DNA from: Eledone cirrhosa
Lineage: Eukaryota
Length of the DNA stretch: 64,000 nt
Direction of reading: 5' to 3'
Assembly (NCBI GenBank): GCA_964016885.1
Contig: OZ024740.1
Location: forward strand, 137,888,001-137,952,000
Part shown: positions 12,200 to 26,709 of the stretch, one piece after another
Position numbering within the stretch: position 1 is the first letter of the stretch
Layout: the number at the start of each line of letters is the position of its first letter
Program-made: the position numbers and the translations under genes
The notes under the pieces: model-generated
What the model was told of the DNA's origin: nothing
Databases searched by the model: none
The model's input: only the letters and a program-made list of their open reading frames with translations

Positions 12200-15100
12200 C
12201 CAATTCTCTCTTTCTCTTATCACTTTTCTCTCAATTCCCAATTCTCTCTTTCTCTTATCACTTTTCTCTCAATCTCCAATTCTCTCTTTCTCCTCTCACC
12301 TTTCCCCCAATCTCCAATTCTCTCTCTTTCTCTTATTACTTTTCTCTCAATCTCCAATTCTCTCTTTCTTTTCTCACTTTTCCCCCAATCTCCAATTCTC
12401 TCTTTCTCTTCACACTTTTCCCCCAATCTCCAATTCTCTCTTTCTCTCATCAATTTTCTCTATATCTCCAATTCTCTCTTCCTCTTATCATTTTTCTCTT
12501 AATCTCCAATTCTCTCTTTCTCTTCTCACTTTTCCCTCAAACTCCAATTCCCTCTTTCTCTTTTCACTTTTCTCTTAATCTCCAATTCTCTCTTTCTTTC
12601 ATCACTTTTCTCTCAATCTCCAATTCTCTCTTTCTCTTATTACTTAACTCTCAATCTCCAATTCTCTCTTACTCTTATCTCTTTTCTCTCAATTTCCAAT
12701 TCTCTCTTTCTCTTATCACTTTTCTCTCAACTCTAATTCTCTCATTCTCTTATCAATTTTCTCTCAATCTCCAATTCTTTCTTTCTCTAATCACTTTTCT
12801 CTCAATCTCCAATTCTCTCTTTCTCTTATCACTTTTTCCCCAATCTCCAATTCTCTCTTTCTCTTATCACTTTTCTTTCAATCTCCAATTCTCTCTTTCT
12901 CTTATCACTTTTCTCTCAATCTCCAATTCTCTCTTTCTCCTCTCACTTTTCCCCCAATCTCCAATTCTCTCACTTTCTCTTATCACTTTTCTCTCAATCT
13001 CCAATTCTCTCTTTCTTTTCTCACTTTTCCCCCAATCTCCAATTCTCTCTTTCTCTTCACACTTTTCCCCCAATCTGCAATTCTCTCTTTCTCTCATCAA
13101 TTTTCTCTATATCTCCAATTCTCTCTTCCTCTTATCATTTTTCTCTTAATCTCTAATTCTCTCTTTCTCTTCTCACTTTTCCCCCAATCTCCAATTCTCT
13201 CTTTCTGTTATCACTTTTCTCTCAATCTCCAATTCTCTCTTTCTCTTATCACTTTTCTCAAAATCTCCAATTCTATCTTTCTCTTCTCACTTTTCTCTCA
13301 ATCTCCAATCCTCTCTTTCTGTTATCACTTTTCTCTCAATCTCCAATTCTCTATTTCTCTTATCACTTTTCCCCCAATCTCCAATTCTCTCTTTCTCTTA
13401 TCACTTTTCTCTCAATCTCCAATTCTTTCTTTCTATTATTACTTTTCTCTCAATTTCTAATTCTCTCTTTCTCTTATCACTTTTCTTTCAATCTCCAGTT
13501 CTCTCTTTGTCTTATCACTTTTCTCTCAATCTACAATTCTCTCTTTCTCCTCTCACTTTTCCCCCAATCTCCAATTCTCTCTCTTTCTCTTATCACTTTT
13601 CTCTCAATCTCCAATTCTCTCTTTCTTTTCTCACTTTTCCCCCAATCTCCAATTCTCTCTTTCTCTTCACACTTTTCCCCCAAACTCCAATTCTCTCTTT
13701 CTCTCATCAATTTTCTCTATATCTCCAATTCTCTCTTCCTCTTATCATTTTTCTCTTAATCTCCAATTCTCTCTTTCTCTTCTCACTTTTCCCCCAAACT
13801 CCAATTCTCTCTTTCTATTCTCAGTTTTCCCCCAATCTCCAATTCTCTCTTTCTCTCATCACTTTTCTCTCAATCTCCAATTATATCTTTCTCTTCTCAC
13901 TTTTCTCTCAATCTCCAATCCTCTCTTTCTGTTATCACTTTTCTCTCAATCTCCAATTATCTCTTACTCTTATCACTTTTCTCTCAATCTCCAATTCTCT
14001 CTTTCTCTTATCACTTTTCCCCCAATCTCCAATTCTCTCTTTCTCTTATCACTTTTCTCTCAATCTCCAATTCTCTCTTTCTCTTATCACTTTTCTCTCA
14101 ATCTCCAATTCTCTCTTTCTCTTATCACTTTTCTCTCAATCTCCAATTCACTCTTTCTTTATCACTTTTCTCTCAATCTCCAATTCTCTCTTTCTCTTAT
14201 CAGGTTTCTGCCAATCTCCAATTCTCTCTTTCTCTTATCACTTTACTCTCAATCTCCAATTCTCTCTTTCTCTTATCACTTTTCTCTCAATTTCCAATTC
14301 TCTCTTTCTCTTATCACTTTTCTCTCAATCTCTAATTCTCTCTTTCTCTTATCAATTTTCTCTCAATCTCCAATTCTTTCTTTCTCTAATCACTTTTCTC
14401 TCAATCTCCAATTCTCTCTTTCTCTTATCACTTTTCCCCCAATCTACAATTCTCTCTTTCTCTTATCACTTTTCTTTCAATCTCCAATTCTCTCTTTCTC
14501 TTATCACTTTTCTCTCAATCTCCAATTCTCTCTTTCTCCTCTCACTTTTGCCCCAATCTCCAATTCTCTCTCTTTCTCTTATCAGTTTTCTCTCAATCTC
14601 CAATTATCTCTTACTCTTATCACTTTTCTCTCAATCTCCAATTCTCTATTTCTCTTATCACTTTTCCCCCAATGTCCAATTCTCTCTTTCTCTTATCACT
14701 TTTCTCTCAATCTCCAATTCTCTCTTTCTCTTATCACTTTTCTGCCAATCTCCATTTCTCTCTTTCTCTTATCACTTTTCTCTCAATTTCCAATTCTCTC
14801 TTTCTCTTATCACTTTTCTCTCAATCTCTAATTCTCTCTTTCTCTTATCAATTTTCTCTCAATCTCCAATTCTTTCTTTCTCTAATCACTTTTCTCTCAA
14901 TCTCCAATACTCTCTTTCTCTTATCACTTTTCTCTCAATCTCTAATTCTCTCTTTCTCTTATCAATTTTCTCTCAATCTCCAATTCTTTCTTTCTCTAAT
15001 CACTTTTCTCTCAATCTCCAATACTCTCTTTCTCTTATCAATTTTCTCTCAATCTCCAATTCTCTCTTTCTCTCATGAATTTTCTCTATATCTCCAATTC

Positions 15101-18100
15101 TCTCTTCCTCTTATCATTTTTCTCTTAATCTCCAATTCTCTATTTCTCTTATCACTTTTCCCCCAATCTCCAATTCTCTCTTTCTCATATCACTTTTCTC
15201 TCAATCTCCAATTCTCTCTTTCTCTTATCACTTTTCTCTCAATCTCCAATTCTCTCTTTCTTTCATCACTTTTCTCTCAATCTCCCATTCTGTCTTTCTC
15301 TTATCACTTTTCTGCCAATCTCCAATTCTCTCTTTCTCTTATCACTTTACTCTCAATCTCCAATTCTCTCTTTCTCTTATCACTTTTCTCTCAATTTCCA
15401 ATTCTCTCTTTCTCTTATCACTTTTCTCTCAATCTCCAATTCTCTCTTTCTCTTATCAATTTTCTCTCAATCTCCAATTCTTTCTTTCTCTAATCACTTT
15501 TCTCTCAATCTCCAATACTCTCTTTCTCTTATCAATTTTCTTTCAATCTCCAATTCTTTCTTTCTCTTATCACTTTTCTCTCAATCTCCAATTCTCTCTT
15601 TCTCTTATCACTTTTCTCTCAATCTCCAATTCTTTCTTCCTCTTATCACTTTTCTCTCAATCTCCCATTCTGTCTTTCTCTTATCACTTTTCCCCCAATC
15701 TCCAATTCTCTCTTTCTCATATCACTTTTTTCCCAATCTCCAATTCTTTCTTTCTCTTATCAGTTTTCTCTCAATCTCCAATTCTCTCTTTCTCTTATCA
15801 CTTTTCTCTCAATCTCCAATTCTCTCTTTCTCTTATCACTTTTCCCCCAATATCCAATTCTCTCTTTCTCTTATCACTTTTCTCTCAATTCCCAATTCTC
15901 TCTTTCTCTTATCACTTTTCTCTCAATCTCCAATTCTTTCTTTCTCTTATTACTTTTCTCTCAATTTCTAATTCTCTCTTTCTCTTATCACTTTTCTTTC
16001 AATCTCCAATTCTCTCTTTCTCTTATCACTTTTCTCTCAATCTCCAATTCTCTCTTTCTCCTCTCACTTTTCCCCCAATCTCCAATTCTCTCTCTTTCTC
16101 TTATTACTTTTCTCTCAATCTCCAATTCTCTCTTTCTTTTCTCACTTTTCCCCCAATCTCCAATTCTCTCTTTCTCTTCACACTTTTCCCCCAATCTCCA
16201 ATTCTCTCTTTCTCTTATCACTTTTCCCCCAATCTACAATTCTCTCTTTCTCTTATCACTTTTCTTTCAATCTCCAATTCTCTGTTTCTCTTATCACTTT
16301 TCTCTCAATCTCCAATTCTCTCTTTCTCCTCTCACTTTTGCCCCAATCTCCAATTCTCTCTCTTTCTCTTATCAGTTTTCTCTCAATCTCCAATTATCTC
16401 TTACTCTTATCACTTTTCTCTCAATCTCCAATTCTCTATTTCTCTTATCACTTTTCCCCCAATGTCCAATTCTCTCTTTCTCTTATCACTTTTCTCTCAA
16501 TCTCCAATTCTCTCTTTCTCTTATCACTTTTCTGCCAATCTCCATTTCTCTCTTTCTCTTATCACTTTTCTCTCAATTTCCAATTCTCTCTTTCTCTTAT
16601 CACTTTTCTCTCAATCTCTAATTCTCTCTTTCTCTTATCAATTTTCTCTCAATCTCCAATTCTTTCTTTCTCTAATCACTTTTCTCTCAATCTCCAATAC
16701 TCTCTTTCTCTTATCACTTTTCTCTCAATCTCTAATTCTCTCTTTCTCTTATCAATTTTCTCTCAATCTCCAATTCTTTCTTTCTCTAATCACTTTTCTC
16801 TCAATCTCCAATACTCTCTTTCTCTTATCAATTTTCTCTCAATCTCCAATTCTCTCTTTCTCTCATGAATTTTCTCTATATCTCCAATTCTCTCTTCCTC
16901 TTATCATTTTTCTCTTAATCTCCAATTCTCTATTTCTCTTATCACTTTTCCCCCAATCTCCAATTCTCTCTTTCTCATATCACTTTTCTCTCAATCTCCA
17001 ATTCTCTCTTTCTCTTATCACTTTTCTCTCAATCTCCAATTCTCTCTTTCTTTCATCACTTTTCTCTCAATCTCCCATTCTGTCTTTCTCTTATCACTTT
17101 TCTGCCAATCTCCAATTCTCTCTTTCTCTTATCACTTTACTCTCAATCTCCAATTCTCTCTTTCTCTTATCACTTTTCTCTCAATTTCCAATTCTCTCTT
17201 TCTCTTATCACTTTTCTCTCAATCTCCAATTCTCTCTTTCTCTTATCAATTTTCTCTCAATCTCCAATTCTTTCTTTCTCTAATCACTTTTCTCTCAATC
17301 TCCAATACTCTCTTTCTCTTATCAATTTTCTTTCAATCTCCAATTCTTTCTTTCTCTTATCACTTTTCTCTCAATCTCCAATTCTCTCTTTCTCTTATCA
17401 CTTTTCTCTCAATCTCCAATTCTTTCTTCCTCTTATCACTTTTCTCTCAATCTCCCATTCTGTCTTTCTCTTATCACTTTTCCCCCAATCTCCAATTCTC
17501 TCTTTCTCATATCACTTTTTTCCCAATCTCCAATTCTCTCTTTCTCTTATCAGTTTTCTCTCAATCTCCAATTCTCTCTTTCTCTTATCACTTTTCTCTC
17601 AATCTCCAATTCTCTCTTTCTCTTATCACTTTTCCCCCAATATCCAATTCTCTCTTTCTCTTATCACTTTTCACTCAATTCCCAATTCTCTCTTTCTCTT
17701 ATCACTTTTCTCTCAATCTCCAATTCTTTCTTTCTCTTATTACTTTTCTCTCAATTTCTAATTCTCTCTTTCTCTTATCACTTTTCTTTCAATCTCCAAT
17801 TCTCTCTTTCTCTTATCACTTTTCTCTCAATCTCCAATTCTCTCTTTCTCCTCTCACTTTTCCCCCAATCTCCAATTCTCTCTCTTTCTCTTATTACTTT
17901 TCTCTCAATCTCCAATTCTCTCTTTCTTTTCTCACTTTTCCCCCAATCTCCAATTCTCTCTTTCTCTTCACACTTTTCCCCCAATCTCCAATTCTCTCTT
18001 TCTCTCATCAATTTTCTCTATATCTCCAATTCTCTCTTCCTCTTATCATTTTTCTCTTAATCTCCAATTCTCTCTTTCTCTTCTCACTTTTCCCTCAAAC

Positions 18101-19200
18101 TCCAATTCTCTCTTTCTCTTTTCACTTTTCTCTCAATCTCCAATTCTCTCTTTCTTTCATCACTTTTCTCTCAATCTCCAATTCTCTCTTTCTCTTATTA
18201 CTTAACTCTCAATCTCCAATTCTCTCTTTCTCTTAACACTTTTCTCTCAATTTCCAATTCTCTCTTTCTCTTATCACTTTTCTCTCAACTCTAATTCTCT
18301 CATTCTCTTATCAATTTTCTCTCAATCTCCAATTCTTTCTTTCTCTAATCACTTTTCTCTCAATCTCCAATTCTCTCTTTCTCTTATCACTTTTCCCCCA
18401 ATCTCCAATTCTCTCTTTCTCTTATCACTTTTCTTTCAATCTCCAATTCTCTCTTTCTCTTATCACTTTTCTCTCAATCTCCAATTCTCTCTTTCTCCTC
18501 TCACTTTTCCCCCAATCTCCAATTCTCTCTCTTTCTCTTATCACTTTTCTCTCAATCTCCAATTCTCTCTTTCTTTTCTCACTTTTCCCCCAATCTCCAA
18601 TTCTCTCTTTCTCTTCACACTTTTCCCCCAATCTGCAATTCTCTCTTTCTCTCATCAATTTTCTCTATATCTCCAATTCTCTCTTCCTCTTATCATTTTT
18701 CTCTTAATCTCTAATTCTCTCTTTCTCTTCTCACTTTTCCCCCAATCTCCAATTCTCTCTTTCTCTTCTCACTTTTCCCCCAATCTCCAATTCTCTCTTT
18801 CTCTCATCACTTTTCTCTCAATCTCCAATTCTCTCTTTCTCTTATCACTTTTCTCAAAATCTCCAATTCTATATTTCTCTTCTCACTTTTCTCTCAATCT
18901 CCAATCCTCTCTTTCTGTTATCACTTTTCTCTCAATCTCCAATTCTCTATTTCTCTTATCACTTTTCCCCCAATCTCCAATTCTCTCTTTCTCTTATCAC
19001 TTTTCTCTCAATCTCCAATTCTTTCTTTCTATTATTACTTTTCTCTCAATTTTTAATTCTCTCTTTCTCTTATCACTTTTCTTTCAATCTCCAATTCTCT
19101 CTTTGTCTTATGTCTTTTCTCTCAATCTCCAATTCTCTCTTTCTCCTCTCACTTTTCCCCCAATCTCCAATTCTCTCTCATTCTCTTATCACTTTTCTCT
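12200..19200. repeat. Non-adjacent copy pair ~12200-13600 / ~17760-19200 (offset 5558 bp)
   Basis: ORF pairs 12220/17778 and 12867/18425. Shared rare variants CCCTCAAACTCC, TTACTTAACTC and the deletion TCAACTCTAA. Confidence 0.8.
14411..18000. repeat. 1790-bp (47-monomer) near-perfect tandem duplication
   Basis: Identical 273-aa ORFs at 14672 and 16462. ORF pair 15988/17778. CATGAAT occurs near 15075 and 16865. Confidence 0.9.
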
Positions 19201-22200
19201 CAATCTCCAATTCTCTCTTTCTTTTCTCACTTTTCCCCCAATCTCCAATTCTCTCTTTCTCTTCACACTTTTCCCCCAATCTACAATTCCCTCTTTCTCT
19301 TATCACTTTTCTTTCATTCTCCAATTCTCTCTTTCTCTCATCACTTTTCTCTCAATCTCCAATTCTCTCTTTCTCCTCTCACTTTTCCCCCAATCTCCAA
19401 TTCTTTCTTTCTCTAATCACTTTTCTCTCAATCTCCAATTCTCTATTTCTCTTATCACTTTTCCCCCAATGTCCAATTCTCTCTTTCTCTTATCACTTTT
19501 CTCTCAATCTCCAATTCTCTCTTTCTCTTATCACTTTTCTGCCAATCTCCAATTCTCTCTTTCTCTTATCACTTTACTCTCAATCTCCATTTCTCTCTTT
19601 CTCTTATCACTTTTCTCTCAATTTCCAATTCTCTCTTTCTCTTATCACTTTTCTCTCAATCTCTAATTCTCTCTTTCTCTTATCAATTTTCTCTCAATCT
19701 CCAATTCTTTCTTTCTCTAATCACTTTTCTCTCAATCTCCAATACTCTCTTTCTCTTATCACTTTTCTCTCAATCTCTAATTCTCTCTTTCTCTTATCAA
19801 TTTTCTCTCAATCTCCAATTCTTTCTTTCTCTAATCACTTTTCTCTCAATCTCCAATACTCTCTTTCTCTTATCAATTTTCTCTCAATCTCCAATTCACT
19901 CTTTCTCTCATGAATTTTCTCTATATCTCCAATTCTCTCTTCCTCTTATCATTTTTCTCTTAATCTCCAATTCTCTCTTTCTCTTCTCACTTTTCCCCCA
20001 ATCTCCAATTCTCTCTTTCTATTCTCAGTTTTCCCCCAATCTCCAATTCTCTCTTTCTCTCATCACTTTTCTCTCAATCTCCAATCCTCTCTTTCTCTTA
20101 TCACTTTTCTCAAAATCTCCAATTCTATCTTTCTCTTCTCATTTTTCTCTCAATCTCCAATCCTCTCTTTCTGTTATCACTTTTCTCTCAATCTCCAATT
20201 ATCTCTTACTCTTATCACTTTTCTCTCAATCTCCAATTCTCTATTTCTCTTATCACTTTTCCCCCAATCTCCAATTCTCTCTTTCTCTTATCACTTTTCT
20301 CTCAATCTCCAATTCTCTCTTTCTCTTATCACTTTTCTCTCAATCTCCAATTCTCTCTTTCTCTTATCACTTTTCTCTCAATCTCCAATTCTCTCTTTCT
20401 CCTCTCACTTTTCCCCCAATCTCCAATTCTCTCTCTTTCTCTTATCACTTTTCTCTCAATCTCCAATTCTCTCTTTCTTTTCTCACTTTTCCCCCAATCT
20501 CCAATTCTCTCTTTCTCTTCACACTTTTCCCCCAATCTGCAATTCTCTCTTTCTCTCATCAATTTTCTCTATATCTCCAATTCTCTCTTCCTCTTATCAT
20601 TTTTCTCTCAATCTCCAATTCTCTCTTTCTCTTCTCACTTTTCCCCCAATCTCCAATTCTCTCTTTCTCTTCTCACTTTTCCCCCAATCTCCAATTCTCT
20701 CTTTCTCTCATCACTTTTCTCTCAATCTCCAATTCTCTCTTTCTCTTATCACTTTTCTCAAAATCTCCAATTCTATCTTTCTCTTCTCACTTTTCTCTCA
20801 ATCGCCAATCCTCTCTTTCTGTTATCACTTTTCTCTCAATCTCCAATTATCTCTTTCTCTTATCACTTTTCTCTCAATCTCCAATTCTCTATTTCTCTTA
20901 TCACTTTTCCCCCAATCTCCAATTCTCTCTTTCTCTTATCACTTTTCTCTCAATCTCCAATTCTCTCTTTCTTTTCTCACTTTTCCCCCAATCTCCAATT
21001 CTCTCTTTCTCTTCACACTTTTCCCCCAATCTACAATTCCCTCTTTCTCTTATCACTTTTCTTTCATTCTCCAATTCTCTCTTTCTCTCATCACTTTTCT
21101 CTCAATCTCCAATTCTCTCTTTCTCCTCTCACTTTTCCCCCAATCTCCAATTCTTTCTTTCTCTAATCACTTTTCTCTCAATCTCCAATTCTCTATTTCT
21201 CTTATCACTTTTCCCCCAATGTCCAATTCTCTCTTTCTCTTATCACTTTTCTCTCAATCTCCAATTCTCTCTTTCTCTTATCACTTTTCTGCCAATCTCC
21301 AATTCTCTCTTTCTCTTATCACTTTACTCTCAATCTCCATTTCTCTCTTTCTCTTATCACTTTTCTCTCAATTTCCAATTCTCTCTTTCTCTTATCACTT
21401 TTCTCTCAATCTCTAATTCTCTCTTTCTCTTATCAATTTTCTCTCAATCTCCAATTCTTTCTTTCTCTAATCACTTTTCTCTCAATCTCCAATACTCTCT
21501 TTCTCTTATCACTTTTCTCTCAATCTCTAATTCTCTCTTTCTCTTATCAATTTTCTCTCAATCTCCAATTCTTTCTTTCTCTAATCACTTTTCTCTCAAT
21601 CTCCAATACTCTCTTTCTCTTATCAATTTTCTCTCAATCTCCAATTCACTCTTTCTCTCATGAATTTTCTCTATATCTCCAATTCTCTCTTCCTCTTATC
21701 ATTTTTCTCTTAATCTCCAATTCTCTCTTTCTCTTCTCACTTTTCCCCCAATCTCCAATTCTCTCTTTCTATTCTCAGTTTTCCCCCAATCTCCAATTCT
21801 CTCTTTCTCTCATCACTTTTCTCTCAATCTCCAATCCTCTCTTTCTCTTATCACTTTTCTCAAAATCTCCAATTCTATCTTTCTCTTCTCATTTTTCTCT
21901 CAATCTCCAATCCTCTCTTTCTGTTATCACTTTTCTCTCAATCTCCAATTATCTCTTACTCTTATCACTTTTCTCTCAATCTCCAATTCTCTATTTCTCT
22001 TATCACTTTTCCCCCAATCTCCAATTCTCTCTTTCTCTTATCACTTTTCTCTCAATCTCCAATTCTCTCTTTCTCTTATCACTTTTCTCTCAATCTCCAA
22101 TTCTCTCTTTCTCTTATCACTTTTCTCTCAATCTCCAATTCTCTCTTTCTCCTCTCACTTTTCCCCCAATCTCCAATTCTCTCTCTTTCTCTTATCACTT

Positions 22201-22690
22201 TTCTCTCAATCTCCAATTCTCTCTTTCTTTTCTCACTTTTCCCCCAATCTCCAATTCTCTCTTTCTCTTCACACTTTTCCCCCAATCTGCAATTCTCTCT
22301 TTCTCTCATCAATTTTCTCTATATCTCCAATTCTCTCTTCCTCTTATCATTTTTCTCTCAATCTCCAATTCTCTCTTTCTCTTCTCACTTTTCCCCCAAT
22401 CTCCAATTCTCTCTTTCTCTTCTCACTTTTCCCCCAATCTCCAATTCTCTCTTTCTCTCATCACTTTTCTCTCAATCTCCAATTCTCTCTTTCTCTTATC
22501 ACTTTTCTCAAAATCTCCAATTCTATCTTTCTCTTCTCACTTTTCTCTCAATCGCCAATCCTCTCTTTCTGTTATCACTTTTCTCTCAATCTCCAATTAT
22601 CTCTTTCTCTTATCACTTTTCTCTCAATCTCCAATTCTCTATTTCTCTTATCACTTTTCCCCCAATCTCCAATTCTCTCTTTCTCTTATC
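19190..22690. repeat. 1750-bp (46-monomer) near-perfect tandem duplication; third partial copy at ~25030-26300
   Basis: AATGTCC has its G at 19471 and 21221. ATCGCC has its G at 20804 and 22554. Identical 77-aa ORFs at 20329, 22079 and 25845. Confidence 0.9.
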
Positions 22691-23420
22691 ACTTTTCTCT
22701 CAATCTCCAATTCTTTCTTTCTCTTATTACTTTTCTCTCAATTTCTAATTCTCTCTTTCTCTTATCACTTTTCTTTCAATCTCCAATTCTCTCTTTCTCT
22801 TATCACTTTTCTCTCAATCTCCAATTCTCTCTTTCTCCTCTCACTTTTCCCCCAATCTCCAATTCTCTCTTTCTCTTCACACTTTTCCCCCAATCTGCAA
22901 TTCTCTCTTTCTCTCATCAATTTTCTCTATATCTCCAATTCTCTCTTCCTCTTATCATTTTTCTCTCAATCTCCAATTCTCTCTTTCTCTTCTCACTTTT
23001 CCCCCAATCTCCAATTCTCTCTTTCTCTTCTCACTTTTCCCCCAATCTCCAATTCTCTCTTTCTCTCATCACTTTTCTCTCAATCTCCAATTCTCTCTTT
23101 CTCTTATCACTTTTCTCAAAATCTCCAATTCTATCTTTCTCTTCTCACTTTTCTCTCAATCGCCAATCCTCTCTTTCTGTTATCACTTTTCTCTCAATCT
23201 CCAATTATCTCTTTCTCTTATCACTTTTCTCTCAATCTCCAATTCTCTATTTCTCTTATCACTTTTCCCCCAATCTCCAATTCTCTCTTTCTCTTATCAC
23301 TTTTCTCTCAATCTCCAATTCTTTCTTTCTCTTATTACTTTTCTCTCAATTTCTAATTCTCTCTTTCTCTTATCACTTTTCTTTCAATCTCCAATTCTCT
23401 CTTTCTCTTATCACTTTTCT
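22250..23420. repeat. 608-bp (16-monomer) tandem duplication
   Basis: ATCGCCAATCC has its G at 22554 and 23162 (608 = 16x38), with the same flanking variant order. Confidence 0.8.
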
Positions 23421-26400
23421 CTCAATCTCCAATTATCTCTTTCTCTTATCACTTTTCTCTCAATCTCCAATTCTCTATTTCTCTTATCACTTTTCCCCCA
23501 ATCTCCAATTCTCTCTTTCTCTTATCACTTTTCTCTCAATCTCCAATTCTTTCTTTCTCTTATTACTTTTCTCTCAATTTCTAATTCTCTCTTTCTCTTA
23601 TCACTTTTCTCTCAATCTCCAATTCTCTCTTTCTTTTCTCACTTTTCCCCCAATCTCCAATTCTCTCTTTCTCTTCACACTTTTCCCCCAATCTCCAATT
23701 CTCTCTTTCTCTCATCAATTTTCTCTATATCTCCAATTCTCTCTTCCTCTTATAATTTTTCTATTAATCTCCAATTCTCTCTTTCTCTTCTCACTTTTCC
23801 CCCAATCTCCAATTCTCTCTTTCTATTCTCAGTTTTCCCCCAATCTCCAATTCTCTCTTTCTCTCATCACTTTTCTCTTAATCTCCAATTCTCTCTTTCT
23901 CTTATCACTTTTCTCAAAATCTCCAATTCTATCTTTCTCTTCTCACTTTTCTCTCAATCTCCAATCCTCTCTTTCTGTTATCACTTTTCTCTCAATCTCC
24001 AATTATCTCTTACTCTTATCACTTTTCTCTCAATCTCCAATTCTCTATTTCTCTTATCACTTTTCTCTCAATCTCCAATTCTCTCTTTCTCTCATCACTT
24101 TTCTCTCAATCTCTAATTCTCTCTTTCTCTTATCAATTTTCTCTCAATCTCCAATTCTTTCTTTCTCTAATCACTTTTCTCTCAATCTCCAATACTCTCT
24201 TTCTCTTATCAATTTTCTCTCAATCTCCAATTCTTTCTTTCTCTTATCACTTTTCTCTCAATCTCCAATTCTCTCTTTCTCTTATCACTTTTCTCTCAAT
24301 CTCCAATTCTTTCTTTCTCTTATCACTTTTCTCTCAATCTCCCATTCTGTCTTTCTCTTATCACTTTTCCCCCAATCTCCAATTCTCTCTTTCTCATATC
24401 ACTTTTTTCCCAATCTCCAATTCTCTCTTTCTCTTATCAGTTTTCTCTCAATCTCCAATTCTCTCTTTCTCTTATCACTTTTCTCTCAATTCCCAATTCT
24501 CTCTTTCTCTTATCACTTTTCTCTCAATCTCCAATTCTTTCTTTCTCTTATTACTTTTCTCTCAATTTCTAATTCTCTCTTTCTCTTATCACTTTTCTTT
24601 CAATCTCCAATTCTCTCTTTCTCTTATCACTTTTCTCTCAATCTCCAATTCTCTCTTTCTCCTCTCACTTTTCCCCCAATCTCCAATTCTCTCTCTTTCT
24701 CTTATTACTTTTCTCTCAATCTCCAATTCTCTCTTTCTTTTCTCACTTTTCCCCCAATCTCCAATTCTCTCTTTCTCTTCACGCTTTTCCCCCAATCTCC
24801 AATTCTCTCTTTCTCTCATCAATTTTCTCTATATCTCCAATTCTCTCTTCCTCTTATCATTTTTCTCTTAATCTCCAATTCTCTCTTTCTCTTCTCACTT
24901 TTCCCTCAATCTCCAATTCTCTCTTTCTCTTTTCACTTTTCTCTCAATCTCCAATTCTCTCTTTCTATCATCACTTTTCTCTCAATCTCCAATTCTCTCT
25001 TTCTCTTATCACTTTTCTCTCAATCTCCAATTCTCTCTTTCTCTTATCACTTTTCTGCCAATCTCCAATTCTCTCTTTCTCTTATCACTTTACTCTCAAT
25101 CTCCAATTCTCTCTTTCTCTTATCACTTTTCTCTCAATTTCCAATTCTCTCTTTCTCTTATCACTTTTCTCTCAATCTCTAATTCTCTCTTTCTCTTATC
25201 AATTTTCTCTCAATCTCCAATTCTTTCTTTCTCTAATCACTTTTCTCTCAATCTCCAATACTCTCTTTCTCTTATCACTTTTCTCTCAATCTCTAATTCT
25301 CTCTTTCTCTTATCAATTTTCTCTCAATCTCCAATTCTTTCTTTCTCTAATCACTTTTGTCTCAATCTCCAATACTCTCTTTCTCTTATCAATTTTCTCT
25401 CAATCTCCAATTCACTCTTTCTCTCATGAATTTTCTCTATATCTCCAATTCTCTCTTCCTCTTATCATTTTTCTCTTAATCTCCAATTCTCTCTTTCTCT
25501 TCTCACTTTTCCCCCAATCTCCAATTCTCTCTTTCTATTCTCAGTTTTCCCCCAATCTCCAATTCTCTCTTTCTCTCATCACTTTTCTCTCAATCTCCAA
25601 TCCTCTCTTTCTCTTATCACTTTTCTCAAAATCTCCAATTCTATCTTTCTCTTCTCATTTTTCTCTCAATCTCCAATCCTCTCTTTCTGTTATCACTTTT
25701 CTCTCAATCTCCAATTATCTCTTACTCTTATCACTTTTCTCTCAATCTCCAATTCTCTATTTCTCTTATCACTTTTCCCCCAATCTCCAATTCTCTCTTT
25801 CTCTTATCACTTTTCTCTCAATCTCCAATTCTCTCTTTCTCTTATCACTTTTCTCTCAATCTCCAATTCTCTCTTTCTCTTATCACTTTTCTCTCAATCT
25901 CCAATTCTCTCTTTCTCCTCTCACTTTTCCCCCAATCTCCAATTCTCTCTCTTTCTCTTATCACTTTTCTCTCAATCTCCAATTCTCTCTTTCTTTTCTC
26001 ACTTTTCCCCCAATCTCCAATTCTCTCTTTCTCTTCACACTTTTCCCCCAATCTGCAATTCTCTCTTTCTCTCATCAATTTTCTCTATATCTCCAATTCT
26101 CTCTTCCTCTTATCATTTTTCTCTCAATCTCCAATTCTCTCTTTCTCTTCTCACTTTTCCCCCAATCTCCAATTCTCTCTTTCTCTTCTCACTTTTCCCC
26201 CAATCTCCAATTCTCTCTTTCTCTCATCACTTTTCTCTCAATCTCCAATTCTCTCTTTCTCTTATCACTTTTCTCAAAATCTCCAATTCTATCTTTCTCT
26301 TCTCACTTTTCCCTCAATCTCCAATTCTCTCTTTCTCTTTTCACTTTTCTCTCAATCTCCAATTCTCTCTTTCTATCATCACTTTTCTCTCAATCTCCAA

Positions 26401-26709
26401 TTCTCTCTTTCTCTTATCACTTTTCTCTCAATCTCCAATTCTCTCTTTCTCTTATCACTTTTCTGCCAATCTCCAATTCTCTCTTTCTCTTATCACTTTA
26501 CTCTCAATCTCCAATTCTCTCTTTCTCTTATCACTTTTCTCTCAATTTCCAATTCTCTCTTTCTCTTATCACTTTTCTCTCAATCTCTAATTCTCTCATT
26601 CTCTTATCAATTTTCTCTCAATCTCCAATTCTTTCTTTCTCTAATCACTTTTCTCTCAATCTCCAATTCTCTCTTTCTCTTATCACTTTTCCCCCAATCT
26701 CCAATTCTC

